Assembly (NCBI GenBank): GCA_030531695.1
Contig: JAUNMV010000005.1
Coordinates: 1 to 54,393 of the forward strand
DNA length: 54,393 nt
Origin: Bacilli bacterium
Lineage (GTDB): Bacteria > Bacillota_I > Bacilli_A > RF39 > UBA660
Direction: 5' to 3'
Shown: one piece after another, positions 37,947 through 48,289 of the stretch
How the letters are laid out: every line of letters starts with the position of its first letter
Position numbering within the stretch: position 1 is the stretch's first letter
The notes under the pieces: model-generated
Databases searched by the model: none
Seen by the model: only the letters and a program-made list of their open reading frames with translations
What the model was told of the DNA's origin: nothing
Position numbers and translations under genes: made by a program

Positions 37947-39392
37947 TTATTTTATCATACTTTTAGGTTTATCTTCAATTATCTTTTTATAATACTTTGG
38001 ATTACTATTTATATAATCAAAGAACTCTTCCGCAGTAGTCTGCATAGAAGATTTCATTCTAGTTTGAATTAAAGGATTCTTATAAGACTCTATTACCTCT
38101 AAATCTATTTTATCAAGATTAAATACTTCTAAATTATTTCTTAATCTTTCATAATTTCTTTTTAATAACTTAGTACAAGCTATTCTTTGTAGATCATCAC
38201 CTAAAAAAGAAATATGTTGTGTATTAATAAAGAACTTTTCCTCTACATCACTACCAAATACTTGATATGCAAATATAAACTCTTGAGGAATATAACCAAT
38301 ATCATCAATAATATCACTAGCTAAACAACTAAAATCAGTCATAACTTTAGGCATACTACCAGTAGTATTTCTTCTAGAATAACCAATAAAATATGCATTA
38401 CGATCTAAATCTTCTAATATCTTAGGTATTAATACTATAATATTGTAATCTTCATGACTATTACCATGATAATGATAATTTAAATCTTCATATAAAATAT
38501 CATTCTCATCAATAGGACCTTTAGGTTCTACAGTACCTCTCATACCATATTCCCAATCTGTATCTAATGCTCTTCTTAATATATGATTACAAGTATTTTT
38601 AGAAGCTTTAGGAGTTTCTTGATCAACTCCATGTAGATATAAAGAATAATCACCATAATTATCTTTTAGTACTTTTACAAACTTATCTCTATTGTATTCA
38701 AGATTAACAAATTGATAATCTGAATATTCTAAATATTCTAAAGCAGTTAAGTATTTAGAATTATATTCACATTTTTTACTAATTATAGAATCTTTAATAT
38801 AATTTAAAATATCTTTCTTATCTGTTCTATTAGTAATTCTATTATCTACTTTATCTATTAATTGATTAAAGAACTCTTCCTTTTCTTTATCTTTTAATTT
38901 AGAGTAATGTTTATCATTATATTTAAAATATTTCTTACCATTATTATCTTCATAGTAATAACCAACTATTAAGTTATTAAATACTTTTTTTATTTTCTCT
39001 AAATAATCAGTTAAATAACAATCATAGTTCTTTTGATGTTCTGCAGTAGTATATCCAGATACATTATCTCTCGGATAACCTATATAATATTTAGATTCTC
39101 CATCATCAATAACTTGTGGTGTAGAAATAACTACATTACAAATATCTTTTTCCCCATAATAAGTTTTATTAGTAATTGTTTCTTCTAATGATTTAATATT
39201 TTTAACTAATCCTTTAGGACATAATATATCTCTAAGTTTAATATCTTTAGTAAGAGAAATACCATTATTTAATATATCAGAAGCATATATCTCTTTAGAG
39301 TTAGTAAAACTATCTCTAATACTAAATAAAGTTAATGCATCATTAGGTAAATACTTATTTAAATATTCAGTAATACTTTCTCCTTCAAACAT
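37947..39392 (-). CDS. Hypothetical protein made of two tandem homologous domains (possible ART/Tpt1-like fold)
   Basis: Paired motifs PKG, N(V/I)(V/I)..P, Y(Y/F)IGY.R and F..N..H.S.L; repeat 2 has LYLHG...ILRRAL...IPQEFI. Confidence 0.6.
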   Translation of the reverse strand: MFEGESITEYLNKYLPNDALTLFSIRDSFTNSKEIYASDILNNGISLTKDIKLRDILCPKGLVKNIKSLEETITNKTYYGEKDICNVVISTPQVIDDGESKYYIGYPRDNVSGYTTAEHQKNYDCYLTDYLEKIKKVFNNLIVGYYYEDNNGKKYFKYNDKHYSKLKDKEKEEFFNQLIDKVDNRITNRTDKKDILNYIKDSIISKKCEYNSKYLTALEYLEYSDYQFVNLEYNRDKFVKVLKDNYGDYSLYLHGVDQETPKASKNTCNHILRRALDTDWEYGMRGTVEPKGPIDENDILYEDLNYHYHGNSHEDYNIIVLIPKILEDLDRNAYFIGYSRRNTTGSMPKVMTDFSCLASDIIDDIGYIPQEFIFAYQVFGSDVEEKFFINTQHISFLGDDLQRIACTKLLKRNYERLRNNLEVFNLDKIDLEVIESYKNPLIQTRMKSSMQTTAEEFFDYINSNPKYYKKIIEDKPKSMIK

Positions 39393-39421
39393 ATATAATA
39401 ACCCCCAATTTATGAGTGCAT

Positions 39422-39450
39422 ATTATACCATAAAATTAAAAAAGATGCAA
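39422..39450 (-). promoter_or_regulatory. Sigma-A-type promoter for the orphan gene and possibly tgt
   Basis: TTGCAT-N17-TATAAT with TG extension; the -35 overlaps the queA terminator stem (gatgcaa/ttgcatc). Confidence 0.65.
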
Positions 39451-39452
39451 CG

Positions 39453-40493
39453 TTACTTAATAAACATTGCATCTCCAAATGAGAAAAATCTATATTTATT
39501 ATCTACTGCTATTTTATAAGCATTAAGTATATTATCTCTTCCAGCTAAAGCACTAACTAACATTACTAATGTTGATTTAGGTAAATGGAAGTTTGTAATT
39601 AAACAATCTATTCCCTTAAATTCATATCCAGGATAAATAAATATCTTAGTCCATCCACTACACTCTCTAAATTCAGGATATAAACTCATAATAGTTTCAA
39701 GTGTTCTAGTACTAGTAGTACCTACAGCTATAATCCTATGACCAGATTTTCTAGTATTATTAAGAAGTTCCGCAACTTCTTTTTTCATAGAATAAAATTC
39801 ACTATGCATTTCATGATCTTCTACATTAGTAACAGATACTGGTCTAAATGTACCTAATCCTACATGTAATGTTACATAAGCAATATTGATACCTTTATCT
39901 TCTATTTTATTTAATAATTCTTTAGTAAAATGAAGCCCTGCAGTAGGAGCAGCAGCACTACCTACTTCTTTAGCATAAACTGTTTGATATCTAGATTGAT
40001 CTTCTAATTTTTCATGAATATATGGAGGAAGTGGCATAGTACCTAATTCTTCTAATATCTCCATAAGTATTCCATCATATAGTAATTCTATATGTCTAAT
40101 TCCTTCATCAAATTCCCCACAACACTTAGCTTTTAATTTACCGTCTCCAAAACTAACAATAGTACCTACTTTTAAACGTCTTGCCGGTTTAACTAAACAT
40201 TCCCATTTATCACCTTCAAGATTTTTAAGTAAAAGTATTTCTATAACTGCACCAGTCTCTTCTTTAACACCAATAAGTCTTGCAGGTAATACTTTAGTAT
40301 CATTTAATACTAATGTATCTCCCTCTTCTAAATAATCAATTATATCTGTAAATACTTTATGTTCTACTTCTCCTGTATTTTTATCTAATACAAGTAATCT
40401 AGAAGAATCTCTAACTGCAAGTGGAGTTTGCGCAATTAACTCTTCTGGTAAATAATAATCAAAATCTTCAGTAGTCATAATTTCACCCCTCAA
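39453..40493 (-). CDS. queA: S-adenosylmethionine:tRNA ribosyltransferase-isomerase
   Basis: [64 protein letters not shown]; true start may be ATG 40478. Confidence 0.96.
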   Translation of the reverse strand: MRGEIMTTEDFDYYLPEELIAQTPLAVRDSSRLLVLDKNTGEVEHKVFTDIIDYLEEGDTLVLNDTKVLPARLIGVKEETGAVIEILLLKNLEGDKWECLVKPARRLKVGTIVSFGDGKLKAKCCGEFDEGIRHIELLYDGILMEILEELGTMPLPPYIHEKLEDQSRYQTVYAKEVGSAAAPTAGLHFTKELLNKIEDKGINIAYVTLHVGLGTFRPVSVTNVEDHEMHSEFYSMKKEVAELLNNTRKSGHRIIAVGTTSTRTLETIMSLYPEFRECSGWTKIFIYPGYEFKGIDCLITNFHLPKSTLVMLVSALAGRDNILNAYKIAVDNKYRFFSFGDAMFIK

Positions 40494-40496
40494 TAT

Positions 40497-40519
40497 AAAA
40501 CACTGAATTAATCAGTGTT
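40497..40519 (-). terminator. Intrinsic terminator-like hairpin after ruvB
   Basis: aacactga-attaa-tcagtgtt. Confidence 0.55.
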
Positions 40520-40544
40520 AAGTAAGCATATTATACAATTAATA

Positions 40545-41543
40545 TTAATTTTTCTCAATACCTAAAGTACTATAAGCTTTATCAGTTGCAACTCTACCTC
40601 TACTAGTACGTTTAATTAATCCCATTTGTAATAAATATGGTTCACATACATCTTCAATAGTAGTTACTTCTTCATTAATAGATGAAGCTATGGCTTCTAT
40701 TCCAACAGGTCCACCATTAAATTTATTAATAATTGCAAGTAAATACTCATGATCAGTATTATCTAGGCCCATATAATCTACCTTTAATCTATCTAAAGCT
40801 TCTAAAGTAATATCAGTATTAACTACTCCATTATTCTTAACTAAAGCAAAATCTCTTACACGTTTAAATAATCTATTCGCAATACGAGGAGTACCTCTAC
40901 TTCTTTTAGCTAATTCAAAAGCAGCATCTTCATCTATTTTAACATTTAAAACACGTGCAGTTCTCTTAATAATATCTTCTAGCTCTGGTACTGTATAAAA
41001 TTGTAATTTAGATACAATACCAAATCTATCTCTAAGTGGACTAGATAAATCTCCTGCTCTAGTAGTAGCTCCTACTAAAGTAAATGGAGGTAAATCTATT
41101 CTTATATTTCTACTATTACCTTCACTACCAACAATTATATCTAAAGAGAAATCTTCCATAGCTGGATAAAGAATCTCTTCTATATATCTAGGCATACGAT
41201 GTATTTCATCAATAAATAATACATCTCCAGGCTCTAAAGAAGAAAGAATTGCAGCTAAGTCTCCACTCTTTTCTATAGAAGGACCACTAGCAGTCTTAAT
41301 ATGAGTACCCATCTCATGTGCAATGATAAATGCTAAGGTAGTTTTACCTAAACCTGGAGGACCATATAATAATACATGATCAAGTGGTTCATTTCTCATC
41401 TTTGCAGCTTCTACAAATATCTTAATATTCTCCTTAACATCAGTTTGACCAATATACTCTTCTATTGTCTCAGGTCTAATAGTATTATCTAATTCATTAT
41501 CATCAAATAAAGAATAATTTGTAATAACACTTTCATCTTTCAT
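40545..41543 (-). CDS. ruvB: Holliday junction branch migration helicase RuvB
   Basis: [47 protein letters not shown]. Confidence 0.97.
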   Translation of the reverse strand: MKDESVITNYSLFDDNELDNTIRPETIEEYIGQTDVKENIKIFVEAAKMRNEPLDHVLLYGPPGLGKTTLAFIIAHEMGTHIKTASGPSIEKSGDLAAILSSLEPGDVLFIDEIHRMPRYIEEILYPAMEDFSLDIIVGSEGNSRNIRIDLPPFTLVGATTRAGDLSSPLRDRFGIVSKLQFYTVPELEDIIKRTARVLNVKIDEDAAFELAKRSRGTPRIANRLFKRVRDFALVKNNGVVNTDITLEALDRLKVDYMGLDNTDHEYLLAIINKFNGGPVGIEAIASSINEEVTTIEDVCEPYLLQMGLIKRTSRGRVATDKAYSTLGIEKN

Positions 41544-41555
41544 GAGAGTTACCTC

Positions 41556-41702
41556 CTATATCTTTTTAATTTTTCTTTTTTCTCGACGCATCTCAATAAA
41601 CTCTAATATAGCTTTTAATATTTTATATTTATCTTTTCTACTAATATTAGTATTAGATAAATCAATATCTAAGTTTATTTCATCCATCCAATCATCATAC
41701 AT
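41556..41702 (-). CDS. Small 48-aa ORF between ruvA and ruvB, missing from the ORF track
   Basis: MYDDWMDEINLDIDLSNTNISRKDKYKILKAILEFIEMRREKRKIKKI; AGGTAGGA upstream; stop overlaps the ruvB SD. Confidence 0.55.
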   Translation of the reverse strand: MYDDWMDEINLDIDLSNTNISRKDKYKILKAILEFIEMRREKRKIKKI

Positions 41703-41711
41703 ATTAAAATC

Positions 41712-42275
41712 CTACCTTAAAAGTAATTTTAAAGCATCCTTTACTTGATCTTCTAATTTTAAAGAAGTATCTACTTTCGCAAGTATAGGAACTATTTCTT
41801 TTTCTTTATAGCCTAATCCTATTAATACATCCTTTAATTCACTCTCAGTTTGTACTTGATCATCAGATATACCAACACCAATAAATTCTAACTTTCCTTT
41901 TAAATCTAGAATTATTTGTTTAGCAAGTTTATCTCCAATCTTAGGAAACTTCTTTAAATATAAAACATTTTCTCTTTCAATCGCATCCATTATACCTTGA
42001 ATAGATCCAGTAGATAAGAAAGGTAATGCCATCTTACAACCTAATCCTTTTACGCTAATAAGTTTTAAGAATAAATCTTTCTCTTCTTGTAATTTAAATC
42101 CATATAATAAATGTTCATCTTCTTGTATTTGTTGATAAACATATACTTTATAAGTTTTTCCTATTTCAAATGCATATGGATTAGATACATATATTAAATA
42201 TCCTACTCCATTACAATCTACTACTATTGCATTAGTTTTAATATTCGCAATAACACCTTTTATATAATCGTACAC
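41712..42275 (-). CDS. ruvA: Holliday junction DNA-binding protein RuvA
   Basis: YDYIKG, GVGYLI, LYGF, LISVKGLG.KMAL, PKIG.KLAKQIILDLKGK; GTG 42275 after GGAG. Confidence 0.95.
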   Translation of the reverse strand: MYDYIKGVIANIKTNAIVVDCNGVGYLIYVSNPYAFEIGKTYKVYVYQQIQEDEHLLYGFKLQEEKDLFLKLISVKGLGCKMALPFLSTGSIQGIMDAIERENVLYLKKFPKIGDKLAKQIILDLKGKLEFIGVGISDDQVQTESELKDVLIGLGYKEKEIVPILAKVDTSLKLEDQVKDALKLLLR

Positions 42276-42363
42276 TAAAATCAACTCCACAATCATTATA
42301 TACTAAAATAAAGATATAAGTAAAGAAATTCGAACAAATTTTCTAAAAAAGAAAAGAGTATTT

Positions 42364-44178
42364 TTATTTACTCTTCTCTTCTTTATCTACTTCTAATTTA
42401 TCAAGTAACTCATCACTAGAAGACTCATCCTCTACTTGTTCTAATAAGTCTTCTTCCTTCTCCCAATCACGTTTCTTATTCTTCATTTCTTCTTCATGAA
42501 TAAGTACATTGAAAGCTACTTTTCCAACTAATGTCTTAGGAAGTTCTCTTCTAAATTCATATTCTACAGGCCATGAGAATCTAGCTAAATTCTTCTCAAT
42601 TCTCTCTTTAATAGAATCTAATAGTTCTTCACTTTCTTTAGTAGGATCTTTTAATACTATAAATGCTTTAGCTGCTGTTACTTTATATGGATGTGGAATA
42701 CCTATAACACAACTCATCGCAACATCAGGATGAGAATCAATTACATTCTCTATATTATTTGGATATACACAATATCCAGAAGAAATAATCATTCTCTTTA
42801 ATCTACCCTTAAAGTAAACATAACCATCTTCATCCATTACACCTTCATCACCAGTATGTAACCAAATACGACCATCTTTATGTTTACGTAGCGTTTGTTT
42901 AGTCTCTTTTTTATTTCTAATATATCCAGCCATTACAGTAGGACCAGATATAACTATTTCACCTTCAGTACCATAAGGAACTTCCTTCTCAGTACCATCT
43001 TCTACTATTTTGTAGTAAGTATCTGGATATGGAATACCTATACTTCCAGGACGATAATGATTTAGTGGAGTAAAACAACTAGCAGCACAACACTCAGTTA
43101 AACCATAACCTTCTCTAATAGTAGTAGGAGATCCATGTGATGATAACCACTCATCAAACTTCTTCTTTAACTCAAATGATAAAGAATCTCCTCCAGAAAT
43201 AACACATGTAACATATTTTAACTTCATATGATCAAAGTTCTTATTCTTAGTCATTGCATCAAATAAAGTGGGAACACCTACTAATACATTAGGTTCATAT
43301 TTCTTTAATATCTTATCAAAAGTCTTAGCATTAAATTGTGGAAGTAATATACTAGTACCACCAAAATATTGTACACAATGAATACATACACTTAAACCAA
43401 ATCCATGGAATATTGGCATAATTGCTAATACTTTATCCTTAGCTCTTAAACAAGCAACATGTTCAAAATTTTGCATAGCTGAAGCATTAAGATTAAGATT
43501 AGTTAACTTAACTCCTTTAGGAGTACCTGTAGTACCACCACTATATAAAATAGCAGCTAACTCCTTACCCTTAAAGTCATCATCTATTTCTTTAGTATAC
43601 TCTTTACCTAGTTTAATAAAATCTTTCCATGATATTCTCTTATCACATCTTTCAAGTCTAATCTTATACCCTTTAGTCGCAACATATACAGGTACCATAT
43701 ACATAGGCATAGAATCAGCTACACTAACAGTAATAACCTTCTTAACTTTAGTATCTTCTAATACATGATTTACTTTATTAAATGCAAAGTCAATTGTAAT
43801 TAACCATTCAGTCTTAGAAATTCTTAAATAATGCCTAATTTCATTTTCTGCACTTAATGGATGTATCATACTAGCTACAGCACCTATTTTATTTGCTGCA
43901 TAAAAGGCAATAATACCTTCAGGAGTATTAGGCATACAAATAGATACTACATCTCTATGTTTAACCCCTATAGCCTTTAAAGCTCTAGCAGTATCATCAA
44001 TTTGTTTTAAGAATTCATGATAAGTCTTCTTATTACCATAATAATTATAACTAATATTATTTAAATGCTTACTTGCAGTATATTCAATCAACTTATAAGC
44101 AGAAAAATCTGGATAATCTAAATGTTCATGTTCATCTCCATAATACTTATACCATGGAGTATTAATTTTTTTACTCAT
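42364..44178 (-). CDS. Long-chain fatty acid-CoA ligase-like AMP-binding enzyme
   Basis: YSGGTTGTPKGV, EGYGLTE, WLHTGD, GRLKRMI, LPKTLVGK; ATG 44178 after AGGTGG. Confidence 0.9.
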   Translation of the reverse strand: MSKKINTPWYKYYGDEHEHLDYPDFSAYKLIEYTASKHLNNISYNYYGNKKTYHEFLKQIDDTARALKAIGVKHRDVVSICMPNTPEGIIAFYAANKIGAVASMIHPLSAENEIRHYLRISKTEWLITIDFAFNKVNHVLEDTKVKKVITVSVADSMPMYMVPVYVATKGYKIRLERCDKRISWKDFIKLGKEYTKEIDDDFKGKELAAILYSGGTTGTPKGVKLTNLNLNASAMQNFEHVACLRAKDKVLAIMPIFHGFGLSVCIHCVQYFGGTSILLPQFNAKTFDKILKKYEPNVLVGVPTLFDAMTKNKNFDHMKLKYVTCVISGGDSLSFELKKKFDEWLSSHGSPTTIREGYGLTECCAASCFTPLNHYRPGSIGIPYPDTYYKIVEDGTEKEVPYGTEGEIVISGPTVMAGYIRNKKETKQTLRKHKDGRIWLHTGDEGVMDEDGYVYFKGRLKRMIISSGYCVYPNNIENVIDSHPDVAMSCVIGIPHPYKVTAAKAFIVLKDPTKESEELLDSIKERIEKNLARFSWPVEYEFRRELPKTLVGKVAFNVLIHEEEMKNKKRDWEKEEDLLEQVEDESSSDELLDKLEVDKEEKSK

Positions 44179-44241
44179 ATAAAATAACCACCTGTTTACC
44201 ATTATACTATAACTATATTTTTTTAACAAATTAAAAGACAC

Positions 44242-44793
44242 TTATTTATGTCTTTTTAATAATCTTTTTAGAAAAATTCTTGCAGATTCAATTCTACTTT
44301 TTAAATTCTCTTTTAAATTAGGAATTATATATGGAAGTACAAATATAACAAACCATAAAGTAAATTGTAAATTACCACTAAATATAGATTTAACAGCTAT
44401 TATAGTAATAACACAAATAATTAGTAGTAATAATACAATCATTATAAGGTTAATAATATTATTAAAATCATTCTTAGTCTCAAAATTAATCTCTTTCTTC
44501 TTTAAGAAACTATCTACTTTTACTTTAAAATTATTAAAAGACTCTTCTATTTTATCTATATCATCTCTATCAGTAGTAAATTCACATCCTCTAATAATAA
44601 TAGACCCATTATTAGAAATAACTATATCTACATTTTGATATTCTACGTAACTATCTTTATCTATATTTATACCAAACTCTTCTCCTAATATTTTAATTAC
44701 TCTATTACGACACTTATTAGATATAAATTTAGCTTCATTTAAATATACTTTTATATCATTATTTATTTTATTTAATCTTTCCTCTTTATTCAT
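44242..44793 (-). CDS. Hypothetical membrane protein (two C-terminal TM helices)
   Basis: 183-aa ORF with GGAG SD. Confidence 0.6.
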   Translation of the reverse strand: MNKEERLNKINNDIKVYLNEAKFISNKCRNRVIKILGEEFGINIDKDSYVEYQNVDIVISNNGSIIIRGCEFTTDRDDIDKIEESFNNFKVKVDSFLKKKEINFETKNDFNNIINLIMIVLLLLIICVITIIAVKSIFSGNLQFTLWFVIFVLPYIIPNLKENLKSRIESARIFLKRLLKRHK

Positions 44794-44807
44794 ATATTCT
44801 CCTAAAA

Positions 44808-44832
44808 TAAAAAGTTGTCTTAAACAACTTTT
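44808..44832 (-). terminator. Intrinsic terminator after yebC
   Basis: aaaagttgt-cttaa-acaactttt. Confidence 0.65.
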
Positions 44833-44855
44833 ATTACTAAATAAATTGTTTATTA

Positions 44856-45578
44856 TTAATCTTCTTTTAAATTATAATAAACATCTTGTACATCATCTAA
44901 ATCTTCTAATGTTTCTACTAAGTTTAATACTTTCTCAGTACCTTCTTCATCTAATGTAACTTCCATTGTAGGAACATAAGTTAATTCACATTCTAAGAAT
45001 TCTTTAACACCAGCTTCTTCTAAAGCATCTCTTACTGCAGTAAATGTAGTTTGATCTGTAGTAATTACATAAGTATCTTCCATATTTTCGAAATCAATTG
45101 CTCCTGCATCTAATGCAGTCATCATCATTGTTTCTTCATCATAATCTGAAGGAATAGCAATAGAACCTTTTCTTTCAAACATATAACTTACAGAACCATC
45201 AGTTCCTAAGTTACCTCCAGCTTTAGTAAATGAACTTCTAACTTGTGAAGCAGTTCTATTACGATTATCAGTTAAACAATCAACCATAAAAGCAACTCCA
45301 CCATGTCCATAACCTTCATATCTTACACTTTCATAATTAGCACTATCTGAGTTACCTGCAGCTTTATCAATAGCCTTTTGAATATTATCTTTAGGCATAT
45401 TTTGTGCTTTAGCTTTATCAACAACTAATCTTAATGCGGCATTTTGAGCTGGATCAGGACTTCCACTCTTTGCAGCAACCATAATTTCCTTTGCTAGTTT
45501 TTGAAATACTTTACCACGTGCAGCATCTAATAATCCTTTTTTTCTATGAATTGTAGCCCACTTTGAATGTCCACTCAT
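44856..45578 (-). CDS. yebC: YebC/PmpR family protein
   Basis: MSGHSKWATI, YEGYG.GG, LTDNRNRT, GSVSYMF, LEDLDDVQDVY. Confidence 0.95.
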   Translation of the reverse strand: MSGHSKWATIHRKKGLLDAARGKVFQKLAKEIMVAAKSGSPDPAQNAALRLVVDKAKAQNMPKDNIQKAIDKAAGNSDSANYESVRYEGYGHGGVAFMVDCLTDNRNRTASQVRSSFTKAGGNLGTDGSVSYMFERKGSIAIPSDYDEETMMMTALDAGAIDFENMEDTYVITTDQTTFTAVRDALEEAGVKEFLECELTYVPTMEVTLDEEGTEKVLNLVETLEDLDDVQDVYYNLKED

Positions 45579-45637
45579 TTTAATACCTCCCGTTCATTCC
45601 TATATATATTAACATAAAAAGGTTAACATATCAAGTT

Positions 45638-46561
45638 TTACTTATTACTTGCTAAGTAAATACCGATATCGTTAACCGCATTTTTTTGATCTAAATCTAA
45701 TATCATATTATCATTAAAATATTTAAAATCTTGTGAAACAGCTTTTATATAGAATGTATTTATTCTTTCAAATATATTAGTAGTTCTATCAGCTTCTTTT
45801 ATAGCCATCATAGTACCTAAAGTAAATATATAGTCATTACAAGGTTTCTTACCTCTAACTATAGCATCTAATTTATCTACTATTTCTTCACTACCTAATA
45901 ATCTAACTATTTCATCATGTCCTCTACCTTCTAGCAGATAACCTAAATAAGTTAACGTTAAGTATGAATCATTCATATTATAAATTGAATCATATATTTT
46001 TTTATTTATATAATTAATTGAATCATTTTTTAAAGCTTTATTAGTACTTAAATGTTTTGCTAAAGCAAATTCAGTTAAAGAAGTAATAGCTTCAACATAT
46101 ACTTTCTTTAATCCTCTATCATATCCTTCAGCATCTAATAAATTTCCTGCAAATAGATGAGCATATTCTCTAACTAGTAGATAACTTTCTTCTATCTTTG
46201 AAGATTCTAATATTTCTATTTTATAGTTATCTCCACTCAAAGTTATTCTACTACTACTATTTCCCATTTGATCTCTATTTAAGAAAACAATATTATTATT
46301 TGCTACATCAAAATCTATTTGCTTAATAATATTTGGTGAAATCTTATAAAAGAAATTTTTTATAATATTAATCGTAGTCTTTTTATCCTTTAGAGTTATT
46401 TTATAATCGCTATCTTTTGATTCTTTTAATTGCTTATATTCTTCATCTTTTAAATTCTTATTTAAACTACTGGCATATACTATGAAATCATTAAAGTTCT
46501 TATAGAAAAAAGGATCAGAATTCTCTAGGTAATTTAAATATTCTATTGCACTTCTATCCAT
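45638..46561 (-). CDS. Hypothetical protein with degenerate zincin motif (probable inactive peptidase homolog)
   Basis: LLVREYAHLF (HExxH with His replaced by Arg), followed ~20 aa later by YVEAITSLTE. Confidence 0.5.
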   Translation of the reverse strand: MDRSAIEYLNYLENSDPFFYKNFNDFIVYASSLNKNLKDEEYKQLKESKDSDYKITLKDKKTTINIIKNFFYKISPNIIKQIDFDVANNNIVFLNRDQMGNSSSRITLSGDNYKIEILESSKIEESYLLVREYAHLFAGNLLDAEGYDRGLKKVYVEAITSLTEFALAKHLSTNKALKNDSINYINKKIYDSIYNMNDSYLTLTYLGYLLEGRGHDEIVRLLGSEEIVDKLDAIVRGKKPCNDYIFTLGTMMAIKEADRTTNIFERINTFYIKAVSQDFKYFNDNMILDLDQKNAVNDIGIYLASNK

Positions 46562-46580
46562 TATCTACCCATCCCCTTAT

Positions 46581-47450
46581 TTATAGCATTTCTTTGTATA
46601 ATATAGTTTTTTCTAGAATTCTCTTAACATCATTTTCAGTAAATGGTTTTCCAAGCATATCTACTATAGTATAAGTAAATGCTCTATCAATTGTATCTCT
46701 TGAAGAATCTCCAGAAATAATTGATACAGGGATTTTACTAAATAAATCATTTTCTTTCATATACTCTAGTACAGCAAAACCATCTACACCAGGCATATTA
46801 AGATCTAGTAAAATTGCAGATATAAAATCATTATCTTTATTAGCATAAATAATATTAATTGCTTCTTGACCATTCTTTGCAGATCCAACATTATATCTAT
46901 CAGAGAAAATTCTTTTAACGAAGTTTCTAATAATATTTGAATCGTCTACAACTAAGATTGTAGCTTTATCATATACTTCTCCACCTGAAGGTGCAGGTTG
47001 TTGTCCCGCTTGTGCAGGTTGTGCAGCAGCATCAGCAGGAGCAGCTTGAGCAGTTGTTGTAGTTGCAGCACCAGCTGGAGGAGTATCATTTAAATACTCA
47101 TTAGCAATAGCAACAGCATTACCAACAGCAGTTTGTAAAGATGGGAAGTTTTGTTGAATATATAAAACATCTCCCATACGGCTCTTTACCTCGTGATTTG
47201 AAGCTACTACAGATAATTCATTAAATCCAAAATATTTAGAATCACTCATTAAAGAATGTACATAGATAGTATAGTTACCCATATCTTTGTTGTTTTTATA
47301 ATTCTCTAGTTTTTGAAGCTTTTCAGGTGCACTAAAAATAAACTCCCCTAGAGTCTTATTATACGTATCTATATCACCAAATAACTCCAAACTAGACTTA
47401 ATATCAACACCCTTTGATGTCAAAAAATTAATATCTTTCATTATTTTCAC
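46581..47450 (-). CDS. HPt domain plus receiver domain fusion protein
   Basis: YTIYVHSLMSDSKYFG (HPt His box); Ala/Pro/Gln linker; ILVVDDS, LLDLNMPGVDG, GKPF. Confidence 0.8.
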   Translation of the reverse strand: MKIMKDINFLTSKGVDIKSSLELFGDIDTYNKTLGEFIFSAPEKLQKLENYKNNKDMGNYTIYVHSLMSDSKYFGFNELSVVASNHEVKSRMGDVLYIQQNFPSLQTAVGNAVAIANEYLNDTPPAGAATTTTAQAAPADAAAQPAQAGQQPAPSGGEVYDKATILVVDDSNIIRNFVKRIFSDRYNVGSAKNGQEAINIIYANKDNDFISAILLDLNMPGVDGFAVLEYMKENDLFSKIPVSIISGDSSRDTIDRAFTYTIVDMLGKPFTENDVKRILEKTILYKEML

Positions 47451-47495
47451 CTCAATCTTCTATACAAATTATATCATAAATAATTAAAAAATAAA

Positions 47496-48254
47496 CTATT
47501 TTAATATTTTTCTTTTATTATAAATTACAGGATAAGGATCCCCATAAGCTTTTAAGTCTGTTTTAACTAGTTCTCCCAACCCATTTTCTTTTATTCTATC
47601 CTTTGCAAAACAAAGAATTGAATCAGTCCATGCCTCAGTATCAAAGAAGTCATCAAACTCATAATGACCACCCTCACATAAAGCTACTAAAAAGTCTAAT
47701 TTATTATCAGTAGCTTTTCTAATTAATAATTCAGTGGCATCACATGGCATAAATCCAATTATCATATCAGCTCCACTAACATCAGTATTTAATTCAAATC
47801 TCTGTTTTTTTAATATTAAATTATCCTGTTGTTTTTGACTTTTACTTAACTTAGGATCATATACAGTAACACTACCTGTATCTTGCATAGAACTTATTCT
47901 TTTCGCAACTGAAGGTATTACTCCTCCACCCACTTCTATAATATTACGATCAATATCAAAATTATCTTTTAATAAATCAACAAAAGCTTTATAAGCATTT
48001 TTATCATCATCAATAAGACCTAATTCATCATATATTTGTCTCATTGTATCAGGTAAATTTAAAGTATGTTCTAACATATCTGCATTACTAAGTAAGTATC
48101 TAATCTCTAAGTTAGAATAATCTTCTAAATGTTCTTTTACATAATCTTTTACTACTTTATATTTAGGATCTAAACTCTTAGTATTAAGATTATCAATAAT
48201 ATTTCTTCTATCTTGTTGCATAATCTTTTCCCCCATAATAAAACTATACCACAA
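47496..48254 (-). CDS. Putative class I SAM-dependent methyltransferase-like protein
   Basis: IIEVGGG, VYDPKL, IIGFMPCDATE, FLVALC; true start probably ATG 48236. Confidence 0.55.
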   Translation of the reverse strand: MWYSFIMGEKIMQQDRRNIIDNLNTKSLDPKYKVVKDYVKEHLEDYSNLEIRYLLSNADMLEHTLNLPDTMRQIYDELGLIDDDKNAYKAFVDLLKDNFDIDRNIIEVGGGVIPSVAKRISSMQDTGSVTVYDPKLSKSQKQQDNLILKKQRFELNTDVSGADMIIGFMPCDATELLIRKATDNKLDFLVALCEGGHYEFDDFFDTEAWTDSILCFAKDRIKENGLGELVKTDLKAYGDPYPVIYNKRKILK

Positions 48255-48258
48255 AAAT

Positions 48259-48289
48259 AAAAAAAATTAGTACAATTTGTACTAATTTT
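48259..48289 (-). terminator. Intrinsic terminator after obgE
   Basis: aaaaattagtaca-att-tgtactaattttt. Confidence 0.7.

Noticed and set aside
41542-41748. 68-aa plus-strand ORF
   Set aside because: Antisense within the ruvAB operon; the minus-strand 48-aa ORF fits the gap better.
42509-42733. 74-aa plus-strand ORF
   Set aside because: Antisense to the acyl-CoA ligase.
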